DNA from: a virus
Direction: 5' to 3' (one strand)
IMG/VR virus record: IMGVR_UViG_3300018875_000062
Coordinates: 5,730 to 69,729 of that record
DNA: 64,000 nt
Part shown: positions 28,813 to 39,098 of the stretch, in pieces
Layout of the letters: every line of letters begins with the position of its first letter
Position numbering within the stretch: position 1 is the first letter of the stretch
Position numbers and translations under genes: made by a program
Notes under the pieces: model-generated
Seen by the model: only the letters and a program-made list of their open reading frames with translations
Told to the model about the DNA's origin: nothing
The model's database searches: none

Positions 28813-31800
28813 CTAGTCCCAGACCTCAATACGACGGTTCGGGCCATCGAGCCGGAACCCTCCGACGGTTGTCACGTCGCTGGACGAGGAGACCGTTCCG
28901 ATGACGGCCGAGACGGCTCCAAGCGATGCAACGTTGATCTGATTAGCGCTGATCGATCCATCCGCGATGAAATCGCCGCGCATGGTCACACGGGCCACGC
29001 CGTTGCGGGTGCTGATGGCGAACACCGCTTCCTCGCCAAACCCTGAGCCTGGAGCGCCGACGAGGAACTTGTCGACGGCGATCTTGAGCTCACTCTGAAG
29101 CCCGCCCGGCCCGTTGGTGCCGACGAGCTGCAACCCGCCAAAGAAGCCGTTGGAGTCGAGCGTGACCTTCCAGGCGCCGATGAGCTGCCCGGTGACATCG
29201 GCAACGGCGGTGAAGCGCTCGCCCACAGTGACGCCGGTCTGCTCGAATTCCGCCGTGACATCGGTGCCGAAGATGGCCAGCGCCTTGTCGGCAGTGACCT
29301 TGACCTGTGCGACCTGGGTGATGGCCGCCCTGCCCCTCTCATCCGCTTTCTCGGCAACGACGCGGGCTTCGCCTACAAGGTCCGCCGTCTGCAGCAGGAT
29401 ATCGAGGCTGTCCATGCGCCGGGCGAGAGCCGGGATCAGGTCGTCCGGCTGCACCTTCATGATCAGATGGTCGCCACTCAGCACCAGAGGCGGTGCATTC
29501 CTCTCCACGATGCTGAACCCGCCGATCACGTTCGATGCGGTAACGCCAGCTACCCGCAGCCGGATCGTCTGGGCCGGAGCAACGATAGCCTCAAAAGTCG
29601 TCTTATCGCCGCTATAGGCCCGAAGCCATGTCTCGCCGCCGTCATAGGACACGTCCGCGATGTAGCTGATGGCGCCCTTTGCCGGTCGCCAGCCGGCTTG
29701 CAGGATCAGATTGGTTCCGCGCTGGTAGACATTGGCGGCAAGCGTCGTCACCACCGGGATCGACGGCGAGAAGACATCCGGCACATCCGGCAAGGGCTCG
29801 AAGCCGGTTTCGGTCACATCATACACGGCGGGGTCATCGACCACGCCGGTCAAAGCGATGTGTTCGCCGTCCGTGTCTGGGGTACCCTCGGTGATCAGAA
29901 CGCGGAAGGTGCGCGGCTGGCCGGGAGAGAAGGCAGCAGTTGGACGGTCGGCCAGATCGGAGCGGGCAATCGCATCGGCCAGGGTCATGCCCTGGCGTGT
30001 TGCCTCTGCCGCCATGTCGCCCGCATTGACGATGGCAATCTGATCGGATGCGCCGCGCGTGACACGCACCGGCCCCCAGGGCTGTCCGTCCCGGCGCCGG
30101 ACCTCCACATAGTGGTTGCCGGTCTCCTCCCATTCGAGATCATGGTCGAAGGTCAGGGTTCGGGTGGCGTCGTTGTAAGCCACGACCTCGGCAGACTGCC
30201 CCCACGTCTCAGGCTCCTCGCACGAGAGCACGACTAGATCGCCGCGCTTGAGCAACCGGCCTTCGGCTCGCGCCGTCCATGAGACGGTGACACGCCGGAG
30301 GGCGTTCTCGGCTGCCATGAACCGGACGAGCCCAGCCGCCTGCGCGCGCTTCTGAACGCCCTGAAGCTGCACCCGTGCGGGCTTGGCGAGCGTCGTCCCT
30401 GCAGGGGCGCTCGATACCTCGGCCAGCCGGAAGGTCGTCTCATCGAGATATTCTCCCACAATGCCGTCAGCGATATCGTCGTCCGCCAGTGTGTAATCGA
30501 TGGTGAGCGAGTCCTTCACGATGTCGTAGTCCGTGAACATCATGCGCGGGATGCCGCGGGGCTCGTCGCGGACGATGGTCAGGCGGTCGCCCACTGGCGC
30601 GGGCATGGCGCGGCCTGCCTTCAGGATGGTCTCAAGCGCATCATCGAGCGTCTGCGGCTCCTTGAAGACGTGATCGAAGGTGTGGCCGAGGGATGTCCAA
30701 AGCTGGTCGTAGGCGTAGAAGCTCTGGAAGTCGACCTGATCGATCGACAGCCCTGCCCCATAATCCGCATTGCGCCAGATATCGAGCGCGGCCCAGGCAA
30801 TCGAGCGGGACGGCTGGGTGACAAAGCCAGAGCCGTTCCAGACCGGGATCTTCCGGGTAGCGATGACGCCAATCTGACCGTTCGTGATGCCCTGGAGCCC
30901 CTCGCCTGCTCGGGCGCGCACGGCAATGGTGGTCACGCGCGGGAAGGCGTTGGGGCCATCGATCTGAGCCCGCAGGGCAGACCAGATGATGTTGTCAACC
31001 GTCGTCACCTTGCCGTTGTTGCTGGTGGTGCCCTCCATCTTTGGGTCAGTGCGGCGGACGCGCACCTCGTAGCGCCCGGGAGGAACCGTGACGCGCTCGG
31101 TGATCCGGATCTGGCTAGTCTTGGCGTAGGTATAGGTCTTGTCGAAAACCGTTTCCCAGCTTCCGATCGGGGCCCCTGCATCGTTGACAAGGCGAGCCTG
31201 CGCCACGACGTGAACCGCGTTGGGGTGGAGCTCGCCCTTGTAGGTATCCGCAAGGCCACCAGGGAACACGAAGTCGAACAGCAGCTGGGTTGCCTTCGTG
31301 CCGGCAGCATTGGCGGTGTAGCCCGGTGTATAGGTCGTGGACAGTTCGATCCCGGAGACTTCCGTCGCCGAGACCACGTTGACCGGGAAGAGCGTGACTT
31401 TCTCGCCGGGGTCGCAGATCTGGATCCTGATGCCGGGGAAGGACGGGTTATAGCCGCCGCTCTTGGTCCAGATGCGGGTGTCCGCTATCCGCAGCTCTTC
31501 GATGTCATAGCTGCCGCAGCCCAGGCACAGCAGGGCATATTCCGTCATGTTGTCGCCGTCGAACTCCGAGTACTTCGGGGCGGCGAAATCGGGGAAGGAA
31601 AGCGTGCGTCCATACAGGACCGGGATCGGCTGCAGCGGACGGGCCTGGTTGCCGCCGAAGCCGAAGGAATAGAGCTCCTCCTTGGCTTCGGTTTTGCCTC
31701 CAGCCTTGGGCTTGAGGAAGTGGCTGATCGCCATCGCGCCGCCTGCGATCATCACGGACGAGGCGATGCCTGCCGCTGTCGTGCCGACACCGAAGATCAG

Positions 31801-32157
31801 GCCTGCCGCGTAGGGTGCGAGAGCCGTGAGCGCGACCATGGCAACGATGGCACCGATGCTCTTGGCCGTGGAGTTGCCGCCACCGCTGCCCGAGTTGCCG
31901 GGGCGCGAGACGAATTCTACATTGTCGTTTGCGCCGAAAACCTTGGTCGCCCATTCATCGCGGCCATAATACTCGCCGTTGATGATGCAGACGGTCTGAA
32001 GGTCGAAACGCCACTCGACTCGGGCAAGGAAGCTCTCGACCGTCTCACCCATAGCGGCTTCTGCCTCCGCGATGCAGAGAACAAGAGCCTCCTCCGGGCG
32101 AGCGAAGTCTTCCTCCGAGGCGAAGACCTGGAGCTTATGCTGGATTGCGAGCTTCAT
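28813..32157 (-). CDS. Central tail tip / host-specificity protein (gpJ-like, with gpI/L-like N-terminus)
   Basis: 1114 aa, NQARPLQPIPVLYG, position after NlpC/P60. Confidence 0.88.
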   Translation of the reverse strand: MKLAIQHKLQVFASEEDFARPEEALVLCIAEAEAAMGETVESFLARVEWRFDLQTVCIINGEYYGRDEWATKVFGANDNVEFVSRPGNSGSGGGNSTAKSIGAIVAMVALTALAPYAAGLIFGVGTTAAGIASSVMIAGGAMAISHFLKPKAGGKTEAKEELYSFGFGGNQARPLQPIPVLYGRTLSFPDFAAPKYSEFDGDNMTEYALLCLGCGSYDIEELRIADTRIWTKSGGYNPSFPGIRIQICDPGEKVTLFPVNVVSATEVSGIELSTTYTPGYTANAAGTKATQLLFDFVFPGGLADTYKGELHPNAVHVVAQARLVNDAGAPIGSWETVFDKTYTYAKTSQIRITERVTVPPGRYEVRVRRTDPKMEGTTSNNGKVTTVDNIIWSALRAQIDGPNAFPRVTTIAVRARAGEGLQGITNGQIGVIATRKIPVWNGSGFVTQPSRSIAWAALDIWRNADYGAGLSIDQVDFQSFYAYDQLWTSLGHTFDHVFKEPQTLDDALETILKAGRAMPAPVGDRLTIVRDEPRGIPRMMFTDYDIVKDSLTIDYTLADDDIADGIVGEYLDETTFRLAEVSSAPAGTTLAKPARVQLQGVQKRAQAAGLVRFMAAENALRRVTVSWTARAEGRLLKRGDLVVLSCEEPETWGQSAEVVAYNDATRTLTFDHDLEWEETGNHYVEVRRRDGQPWGPVRVTRGASDQIAIVNAGDMAAEATRQGMTLADAIARSDLADRPTAAFSPGQPRTFRVLITEGTPDTDGEHIALTGVVDDPAVYDVTETGFEPLPDVPDVFSPSIPVVTTLAANVYQRGTNLILQAGWRPAKGAISYIADVSYDGGETWLRAYSGDKTTFEAIVAPAQTIRLRVAGVTASNVIGGFSIVERNAPPLVLSGDHLIMKVQPDDLIPALARRMDSLDILLQTADLVGEARVVAEKADERGRAAITQVAQVKVTADKALAIFGTDVTAEFEQTGVTVGERFTAVADVTGQLIGAWKVTLDSNGFFGGLQLVGTNGPGGLQSELKIAVDKFLVGAPGSGFGEEAVFAISTRNGVARVTMRGDFIADGSISANQINVASLGAVSAVIGTVSSSSDVTTVGGFRLDGPNRRIEVWD

Positions 32158-32159
32158 GC

Positions 32160-32582
32160 TTACGATTTGCGTCGATAAAATTTGAGATAGTTGAAGCCGG
32201 AGGCCTTTAGCGCAGGGATGTCATCAACAACGACACCAGCAACCCGGTCGATGTGGAGGACAGCGCCGGTTGTGGCAGGCACGATGTAGGTGCCGAGGTG
32301 GAAGTCCCGCTTGGCAACGTTACCCATGAGAACGAGATCGAGTTCCCGTGCCTCGGCTTCCGTCACCTCGTCCCAAGCCTGCCGCTCCGGATGCGAGAGC
32401 ATGGCCTCGGCCTGGGCCCGGGTCGTCGGCTCGGCAAAGGGCACATCCGGCATGGCGATCCCAGCAAGCTCGTTCTGAATATGACGGGCGAGGCCATAAC
32501 AGTCGAACTCATGAGGGCCTCGTGCCCCGATCCTGTAGGGCTTGCCGATCAGGCTCTCATAGAATGCGAGATGATCCATCAC
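32160..32582 (-). CDS. NlpC/P60 tail-associated peptidase
   Basis: IGKPY..GARGP..FDCYGL, HLG, H. Confidence 0.88.
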   Translation of the reverse strand: MMDHLAFYESLIGKPYRIGARGPHEFDCYGLARHIQNELAGIAMPDVPFAEPTTRAQAEAMLSHPERQAWDEVTEAEARELDLVLMGNVAKRDFHLGTYIVPATTGAVLHIDRVAGVVVDDIPALKASGFNYLKFYRRKS

Positions 32583-33115
32583 GACACCGCCAACAAGCTC
32601 GGGAACCGAACCATGTCATAGACCTCGCGCATGACGCGCATGTTCTGCGGACGGGCAATGGCAAGCTGCCCTTCAAGCTGCCTCGCCGTGCGCTTCACAT
32701 TGCGAAGAATCAGCTTGTAAGGCCCCTGCCCGACCGTGTTGGGATCGGACGCCAGATAGCCGCGGAAGATCGCCTGAATGGGCGTGTTGAGCTTCACGGC
32801 TTCCTCGAGATAGCGGGAGGCCTCCCGGTTCACGTTGTCGAGACGGATGGTGGCCTCTGCCCCGAGGTTGCCAATGCGGGGATAGTCGATCTCGAAGGGG
32901 ATGGCCTTGAAGAGCACTGTCTCACCGCCGCCTACCGGAGCCCCCGCTTCCAGCTTGAAGTTCATGTCGACTGTGTTGCGGACGGCTCGGATCGGGGCGG
33001 GTTGGCCGTTCTCGACAAAGACCGGATGGATCAGCTCAATGGTGATGAGCATGACCTCATCCTTGGGCGCGGAAGCGGCTGCCTCTGCCCAGGCTTGCGT
33101 TGCTGAAATCGGCAT
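32579..33115 (-). CDS. DUF1833-family minor tail protein
   Basis: TIELIHP, IRLDNV, YLASD, FPSL. Confidence 0.82.
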   Translation of the reverse strand: MPISATQAWAEAAASAPKDEVMLITIELIHPVFVENGQPAPIRAVRNTVDMNFKLEAGAPVGGGETVLFKAIPFEIDYPRIGNLGAEATIRLDNVNREASRYLEEAVKLNTPIQAIFRGYLASDPNTVGQGPYKLILRNVKRTARQLEGQLAIARPQNMRVMREVYDMVRFPSLLAVS

Positions 33116-33492
33116 TAAAGCCCCTGTACCTTGAGAACCATGGTGACGAGCGTGCGGCCGACGCCCGCCTCGCTCTCGCTGATGCCCGCCATGGCGTCAT
33201 CAATCTGCACCGTGCGGTTCACATAGCTCTGTGTGGGAGCGTTCCAGACAGGCATCGTGAACTCTGCCGTCCCTGCCCCCAAGTCGTTCAGCACGAACGA
33301 GCGGAAGACCCCGAGCTGTTCCGCCGTGAAGTCGCGAGACCAGTTCATGGTTGTAATGTTGACCGTGAACTGCCGACGCATCCGGATCTTACCCGACTGC
33401 ATCTCGGACTTGATCGGGGCAGAACCCATCTGCGGGATCTGGTAGCCATCCCGCAGGGATTGATAAGGGAGACCGGCTGGCCACGTCGGCAT
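33115..33492 (-). CDS. Minor tail (distal tail) protein
   Basis: WPAGLP, MQSG..R.RR, L..G...FTMP. Follows tape measure. Confidence 0.78.
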   Translation of the reverse strand: MPTWPAGLPYQSLRDGYQIPQMGSAPIKSEMQSGKIRMRRQFTVNITTMNWSRDFTAEQLGVFRSFVLNDLGAGTAEFTMPVWNAPTQSYVNRTVQIDDAMAGISESEAGVGRTLVTMVLKVQGL

Positions 33493-35810
33493 CAGCGGCC
33501 TCCCATCCGGTTACGCTGGAGGTGCTTCAGGGCACCGCCCGTCTTGCTGCCGTTCAACAGAGCATTGGCGACCAGATCATCGATCTGGACCTGAAGGCTG
33601 GGTCCGTTCGGGCCATCCTGCTTGGTTGCAGTCACCTGAGCCGTGCTGTTGTTGTTGATGATCACCTGCATCGGCGTGTTGCTGTTCGCGGCCGGGCCGC
33701 CCTGCATGGTGACAGGAATTGAGCGACCATCCGGCAGCGGCACATAGGCTTCCGGCATGCGGCCCTCCCCGAAGATGGAAAGCTGAGGTGATCTCGCGAT
33801 GCCACCGTTGGCATAGGTATTTAGCGACAATGGCCCCCTACTCGTCATGATGTTGCCATTGGCGCTCCACGTCGTTGGATACTCGAACTGCCCTGTGCCC
33901 GCTGCGCCTCCTCCGAATCCCCCTGAGATGCCCTTGAACAGCGCCCCAATGAGCCCACCGGCAGCGCCGTTCTGCCCCTGCAGGCCGAAGAGACCGGCAA
34001 GCGGCCCCTGCCCCATCAACGCCGCCTGCAAGGCCGCATTCGCGATGCTCTTGGCGATGTTGTTGAACACGTCCTCGACGCTCTTCCCCTCGATCAGAAG
34101 GTCCGACAGCGCATCTGTCGCGAGATCGCCAAAGTATTGCTGGGCGTCGTTGAGAGCCTCCTGCTGGTTGCGCACCGCTTCAAGCTGCTCGACAGAGGCC
34201 CTGCGTGCTTCGACTTCAGCGTCGATGGCCCGCTGCATATCGTCCGAGATATCGAGCCCACGCTTCTTAGCCGCCGTTTCCAGTTCGATCCGGAGCCGCG
34301 CAGCCTCAAGCTCGCCGCCATATTGCCCATAGAGGCGGGTTTCCTCCTGGATCTGCTGGGTGCGGCCCTGAGCGGTGGTGAGAGCCCGCTGGAAAGCGTC
34401 CTCATCGGCCTGTGCCCCGCGAGCGGCACGGCGGGCCTCGGCTTCCGCCTTGCGTCGGGCCTCCTCTGCCTTTTTCTCGGCTTCCCGCTGCTTGATACGA
34501 TCCTGCGCCGCCCGGAATGCCTCCTCAGCCATTCGACGGCCGGTATCGGTGTCCGTGTTGGACAGCATCCTCTCATACGCGGCTCTGGCCTTTTCCAGAT
34601 CGGTCAAGTTCGGGAGACCAATCTTCGACAGATCGCTCAGGGCGTTTTGGAATTCCCGCACGTTCCCGAGGTTGCTCGAGATCGTGTCGCCCAGAATGCC
34701 GACAGCGCGGGCATCCCGCTCAAGGGCCTCCTGAGCTTGGAGAGCTGCATTCGCCTTGTTGATCAACTCCCCGGCCATCGCCTTGATCTGAGCGCTATCG
34801 GACTCCTGCGAGATGCGGGCGACCTCTTCCACATAGGCACGAATGTTCGGCAGCCCGTCAGCCGTCATCTGGTTGAGCTTCTCGAACGCTGATGCGAAGT
34901 CCCGATATTTCGGATCGAGTTCCAGATTGACCCCGCCGAACCCTGCGCCGGTCGCCGGATCGGTGAATGCCGCCCCTGTGGCCCGCATCACGCTGTTGGC
35001 GAGTTCAAACGACAGCCGCTGAACGTCGCCCTTCAGGCGCTCCATTTGGGCTCGCAGCTGGGTTTCGAGCACCGCTGCGCTCTTCGTGGCATAATCCTCC
35101 AGCCCCTTAGCTGCATCGCCATAAGCATCCTTTACCGAGCGGATCAGATCCGCGTGCGCTTTGAGCCGATCGTCAAGGGACTCGACCTTTTCGCCGGCAC
35201 TCGTGAAATATTGGATGAGCGCGCCGCCCGCCGCGATAGCGCCGATGGTGACGAGGTTGACCGGGCTGAGAAGGGACATGAATGCCCCGCCTAAAGCCGT
35301 CACAACGCCTCTGAGGCCACCAGGCCCGCTCCCTAGAACCTGACCGATCTGTGTGCCCTGCTGGAGGGCGACGGTCAGCGGGCTCGTGCCAGAGGCCAAC
35401 TGCACGGCGATGTCATTGAACTGCGCGGCAAGGTTGCCGGTCTGGCTGAGCAGGTTGCTATTGGCAGCCGCCACCGTGCCGAAGCGAGCCCGCAGTTTCT
35501 CCAGAGACGCCGCATACTGGTCGGCATCAATCTTGCCCTGATTGAAGGCCCGATCGAGGATTGCCTGGCCGCGCGCCATCTGCTGCTGAGCGCGGAAGGC
35601 AGGATCGATCTGTGCAGCAAGGCGCTCGAAGGCCCTGCCGATATCCAGCTGCCGCTTGGTGGCCGTATCCGTGACCCGCGCAGCTTCCTCGCTCGCCTGC
35701 CCGACCCGCGTCTGAGCGTCAGAGACCTTGTTGAGGTCAGTGGCGAGCTTATCCAGCCCCTCCGAGACCCCGCGGACGGTCACGGTATCAATGGTGTTCG
35801 TTGCTGCCAT
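33492..35810 (-). CDS. Tail tape measure protein
   Basis: QFNDIAVQLASG.SPL...QQG.QI lambda-type motif, Ala-rich coiled coil, GE..PEA.VP. Confidence 0.92.
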   Translation of the reverse strand: MAATNTIDTVTVRGVSEGLDKLATDLNKVSDAQTRVGQASEEAARVTDTATKRQLDIGRAFERLAAQIDPAFRAQQQMARGQAILDRAFNQGKIDADQYAASLEKLRARFGTVAAANSNLLSQTGNLAAQFNDIAVQLASGTSPLTVALQQGTQIGQVLGSGPGGLRGVVTALGGAFMSLLSPVNLVTIGAIAAGGALIQYFTSAGEKVESLDDRLKAHADLIRSVKDAYGDAAKGLEDYATKSAAVLETQLRAQMERLKGDVQRLSFELANSVMRATGAAFTDPATGAGFGGVNLELDPKYRDFASAFEKLNQMTADGLPNIRAYVEEVARISQESDSAQIKAMAGELINKANAALQAQEALERDARAVGILGDTISSNLGNVREFQNALSDLSKIGLPNLTDLEKARAAYERMLSNTDTDTGRRMAEEAFRAAQDRIKQREAEKKAEEARRKAEAEARRAARGAQADEDAFQRALTTAQGRTQQIQEETRLYGQYGGELEAARLRIELETAAKKRGLDISDDMQRAIDAEVEARRASVEQLEAVRNQQEALNDAQQYFGDLATDALSDLLIEGKSVEDVFNNIAKSIANAALQAALMGQGPLAGLFGLQGQNGAAGGLIGALFKGISGGFGGGAAGTGQFEYPTTWSANGNIMTSRGPLSLNTYANGGIARSPQLSIFGEGRMPEAYVPLPDGRSIPVTMQGGPAANSNTPMQVIINNNSTAQVTATKQDGPNGPSLQVQIDDLVANALLNGSKTGGALKHLQRNRMGGR

Positions 35811-35817
35811 GTGAAAC

Positions 35818-36162
35818 CTATGTGCGGGGTTTGCGCTTCGCCATCTCGGTCATGTACGTACCGTCCATGCTGCGGATGAGGAAGAAGAACCGCTCGAACT
35901 CGTCAGGATCGATGATCCCGTAGCGGCGGGCGTAACAATCAACGGCGGTGAAGGGGATCGGGCCAGCGGCCCCGAAACCGAGCGGGCGATCGTTGTTCAA
36001 ATCCCAGAACGCCCGCCAGACGAAGAGGAGGTGAGGCGCGACTTCGGGCCGTTCAGCGACCGATTGCGCCAGGTCTTCGCCCCGCTCGGCAGCCACTTCC
36101 TGAAGCCATTCGGATATTCCGCTCTGCCCCCAGGAAAGCCGCCACAGCAGGGCGTCTGTCAG
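35818..36162 (-). CDS. Tail assembly chaperone gpT part (expressed by -1 frameshift)
   Basis: Open -1 frame continuing from slippery AAAAAAC. W.AF.DL...R..GFG..PIP motif. Confidence 0.8.
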   Translation of the reverse strand: MTDALLWRLSWGQSGISEWLQEVAAERGEDLAQSVAERPEVAPHLLFVWRAFWDLNNDRPLGFGAAGPIPFTAVDCYARRYGIIDPDEFERFFFLIRSMDGTYMTEMAKRKPRT

Positions 36163-36569
36163 TTTTTTGCGTCTTCCTCGACGCCGAGAGCGCCTTCATC
36201 CGCCACGATGCTCGCGGCCCAGGCCACAGCATCACGAAACCGGCGCCATTTCGGGTTGAGCAGGAGTTCCTTTGCCTGCTCCTTGGAGTATGGCGCGGGC
36301 TTGCCGTTGATCATGACGCCATCCCAATCGAGGAGAACCGTCTCGAGGAGGCAGGTCGCGGTGATGCGGTCGAGTTCCTCCGGGTCGATCTTGCCGCCCT
36401 GCTTCTTGGCGCGCGGCAGGGCGTCGATGAGACGGGCCTGCAGCTTGCGATAATCGGCATTGCCGACGCCGCGCACCTTCAGGCGCAGATCGCCCATCTC
36501 TGGAATGTGGTCGACCCAGGCACCCTGTTCAAAGCGGGTGGCATCAATCGCGATATCATTCAGCTCCAT
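36159..36569 (-). CDS. Tail assembly chaperone gpG
   Basis: GAWV, LKVRG.GN..Y, LLDWDGV, PYS. Ends GCA AAA AAC TGA. Confidence 0.85.
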   Translation of the reverse strand: MELNDIAIDATRFEQGAWVDHIPEMGDLRLKVRGVGNADYRKLQARLIDALPRAKKQGGKIDPEELDRITATCLLETVLLDWDGVMINGKPAPYSKEQAKELLLNPKWRRFRDAVAWAASIVADEGALGVEEDAKN

Positions 36570-36750
36570 TCTGAGCGTCCTTCTTTGCCGTGGCCTTGGG
36601 CCCGTTCTTGCTGGTTTCCTTGGCGAGGCCCTTGCTGACGAGGATGTCGGCATAGGCATCCGACACCTCGACAACCTCGCCCTTGGCGAATGAGACCTTC
36701 TTCGAGGCCGGGTAGCCGTCGAAGTTCTCGGTGATCTCTACGGACTTCAT
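36556..36750 (-). CDS. Small hypothetical phage protein
   Basis: AGGAG RBS, overlaps next gene. Confidence 0.65.
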   Translation of the reverse strand: MKSVEITENFDGYPASKKVSFAKGEVVEVSDAYADILVSKGLAKETSKNGPKATAKKDAQNGAE

Positions 36751-36760
36751 GACGCTCTCC

Positions 36761-37690
36761 TTATGCGACGGCGCGGTCAATGCGGATGGAGCACTGCTCG
36801 GTCGGGTCGTAGACGGCGCGGATCGGCATGCTCACGATCACGTCGTCGCTCTGGCCGCCGGCGCGCACCTCGCCATTGCCGAAGATGACCTTGGGCAGCA
36901 TGAAGGCGTATTTTTGGCCGGAGGCGAGGCCGAGCGTGAAGGAAATCGAGCCCGAACCGTGGTCGAGAACCTTCTGGTAGAGGTCGTTCGACTGGAAATA
37001 GGTCTCGATGGTGCCCGTCACGTCGCACATGCCCTCCCCGAGCTCGTCGGAGTAGACATTGCCGACCAGAGGCCGGTTGCGCAGGTTGTTGGCAATCTGC
37101 AGGTTGAGCGTCCGTGTCGGAGGATTGGCTCCCAGGCCGGTCACGTTCAGGTTCGCCACGCTGGCGGACGAGGACATGACCGGGGTGGAGGCCGGGGCGG
37201 CATAAGTCGCACCCGTCACCGCAGCGTCGTCCAGTTCTTCCCGAACGCCCATCAGGTCCATGGTGCCGGTCACGATCTGGCGCGAAGCGATGTCGAAGCT
37301 GATGGAGTTGACCATCACGCCCATGAAGCGGCGGTAGTTCTCGACGCCGCCGACCGTCAGCGTCTCCTCGAAGGTGAGGCTCTGCCGGGTCGTGCCGTTC
37401 TTGAGCACGTTCGTGGTCCAATTGTTGAAAAGGGCCGCCGCCAGGATGTCATCGAAGCTGCCGTAGGAGAACTCGAACGGATAAGAGCCCGTCACGTCCA
37501 TGCCGGTGAGGATCTCGTCGCGGATGTTGCGATCGGCCTGGACCTCCTGAGAGGTCGCGGTCGACTTGTTCGTCCGCAGGCCGCCGCCCGTGGTGCGCAG
37601 CGTCTTGAACGAGGGGGTTGCGGGCGTCTGCCCGTAGGCGGTCTCCGCGACATAAGCGACGCGGCGGCTGGCGCCAGTAGCGTAGGCCAT
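36761..37690 (-). CDS. Major tail tube protein
   Basis: YVAETAYGQTP motif, position before chaperones. Confidence 0.88.
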   Translation of the reverse strand: MAYATGASRRVAYVAETAYGQTPATPSFKTLRTTGGGLRTNKSTATSQEVQADRNIRDEILTGMDVTGSYPFEFSYGSFDDILAAALFNNWTTNVLKNGTTRQSLTFEETLTVGGVENYRRFMGVMVNSISFDIASRQIVTGTMDLMGVREELDDAAVTGATYAAPASTPVMSSSASVANLNVTGLGANPPTRTLNLQIANNLRNRPLVGNVYSDELGEGMCDVTGTIETYFQSNDLYQKVLDHGSGSISFTLGLASGQKYAFMLPKVIFGNGEVRAGGQSDDVIVSMPIRAVYDPTEQCSIRIDRAVA

Positions 37691-37721
37691 TGGTCAGGTC
37701 TCCTGCGATGGAAGGGTAAGG

Positions 37722-38132
37722 TCAGCCGATGCGGTCGAACTGATACGGAACGGCGATCGAAAGCCGGTAGAAGTTGCCTTCGTCGTTGTTGTCGTCGATG
37801 GCAGGCGGGGACGGCGCGAAGGTCTCAACACCGTCGAAATGCTTTCCGCGATAGAGGGCGCGCAGTTCATCGGCCCACTGAAGCATCGTAGAGCGGTCCT
37901 CGCCCCGGTTCATGAGCAGCACGAGACGGGCGACACCCTCTTCACGCCAGACATTGGCGCCCGGCGCTCCGACCGAAATCTGCTCCTCATTGGCGACGGG
38001 GTATTGGAACTGGAGAAAGGAGGCGCTCTCGTCAGCGCGCTCGGTCTTGTGGAGGAGCCCATTGATGGGGCAGCGACTCCAATTCTCGACAGCCCGTGTC
38101 TCAAAAGCATTCACGACAGCTTCACTAGCCAT
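37722..38132 (-). CDS. Tail terminator-like protein
   Basis: Synteny. RE.G, ADELRALYRG, VPY. Confidence 0.7.
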   Translation of the reverse strand: MASEAVVNAFETRAVENWSRCPINGLLHKTERADESASFLQFQYPVANEEQISVGAPGANVWREEGVARLVLLMNRGEDRSTMLQWADELRALYRGKHFDGVETFAPSPPAIDDNNDEGNFYRLSIAVPYQFDRIG

Positions 38133-38139
38133 GGTCGTC

Positions 38140-38763
38140 CTAGATTGTGATCACGATGGCCGGCGTGCGGTTCTCACGATCCGTCTCACGGCGCTGCTTT
38201 GGCGTGCCTTCGCTCGAGGCCAAGGGCGTGCGATAAGTGAAGCGGATGTTGGCCATATTGCCGAAGCGCTTCTTGGCAAGCGTGGCGACCGCCTGAAACA
38301 CGCCATCAGGGGCTTGGTCGGATAGGCCGCGCTCAATCTTGCGGCTGTACGGTTGAGTATTGAGGTAAACCGCCTCCTTGAAGGGCGGAACCGGCTGGCC
38401 GGGGTCAAGTTCAACGCCATCAACGAAGAAGGCAAAGGACCGTTGATACTCGCCGGTCAGAACCGGGGCATGAATGACGAGCTGCTCTCCGATCCAGGCA
38501 AACAGGTCGTCCAGAAGCTCGAAGTCGAAGACGATCACGCCATCCGGCTTGACCGACTCCAGCGGTGCGCCCTCGCGGCGGTCGACGAAGGTCTGATGCG
38601 GCGGCACGCGGCCAAGAGCCTGCCGGTTGACCTCCTGGGCCTCGGCAAGGCGCTCCCGCGCATAAGCCGCGAGACGGGCGCTCTGCGCCTGGGGCGAGAG
38701 CGTGCGCTGCATGATCAACTCGATGTTCCGGTTGATCGGGGTGATCTTGGTGCGAACGGCCAT
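38140..38763 (-). CDS. Neck / tail completion (HK97 gp10-like) protein
   Basis: PVLTG, N..PY..KIE.G.S.QAP.G. Confidence 0.75.
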   Translation of the reverse strand: MAVRTKITPINRNIELIMQRTLSPQAQSARLAAYARERLAEAQEVNRQALGRVPPHQTFVDRREGAPLESVKPDGVIVFDFELLDDLFAWIGEQLVIHAPVLTGEYQRSFAFFVDGVELDPGQPVPPFKEAVYLNTQPYSRKIERGLSDQAPDGVFQAVATLAKKRFGNMANIRFTYRTPLASSEGTPKQRRETDRENRTPAIVITI

Positions 38764-39098
38764 CAGCCCTTCACCTGAAGTTCGATCCGGACCAGAACGT
38801 CGTTCATCTTCACGGGCACGGCCGCCACGATGGAGCGCACGCGCCCGTCGATGGTGATCCAATCGCCCTCCTGCAGCATGCCACCGGGCCAAGTCTTCAG
38901 GCTGGACGGCGACAGGATGACCTTGCTGTCCTTCTGCGTGATGCCGCCGATGAGTTCTTCGGGGTCGTAGCCGCGGACATGCGCCTTTACGGTCGCTGTT
39001 GCCACCGGCGCCGATGACGTACCGCGGCGAAGGGCTACGGTCTGCCCGTATTTGGCGATAGCACGGTCCAGAGCGTTGATGGCTTGGCGCGGGGTCAT
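38763..39098 (-). CDS. Head closure / head-tail adaptor
   Basis: Synteny. GQTV.LRR, V..Y...EL.GGI.Q.D. Confidence 0.72.
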   Translation of the reverse strand: MTPRQAINALDRAIAKYGQTVALRRGTSSAPVATATVKAHVRGYDPEELIGGITQKDSKVILSPSSLKTWPGGMLQEGDWITIDGRVRSIVAAVPVKMNDVLVRIELQVKG

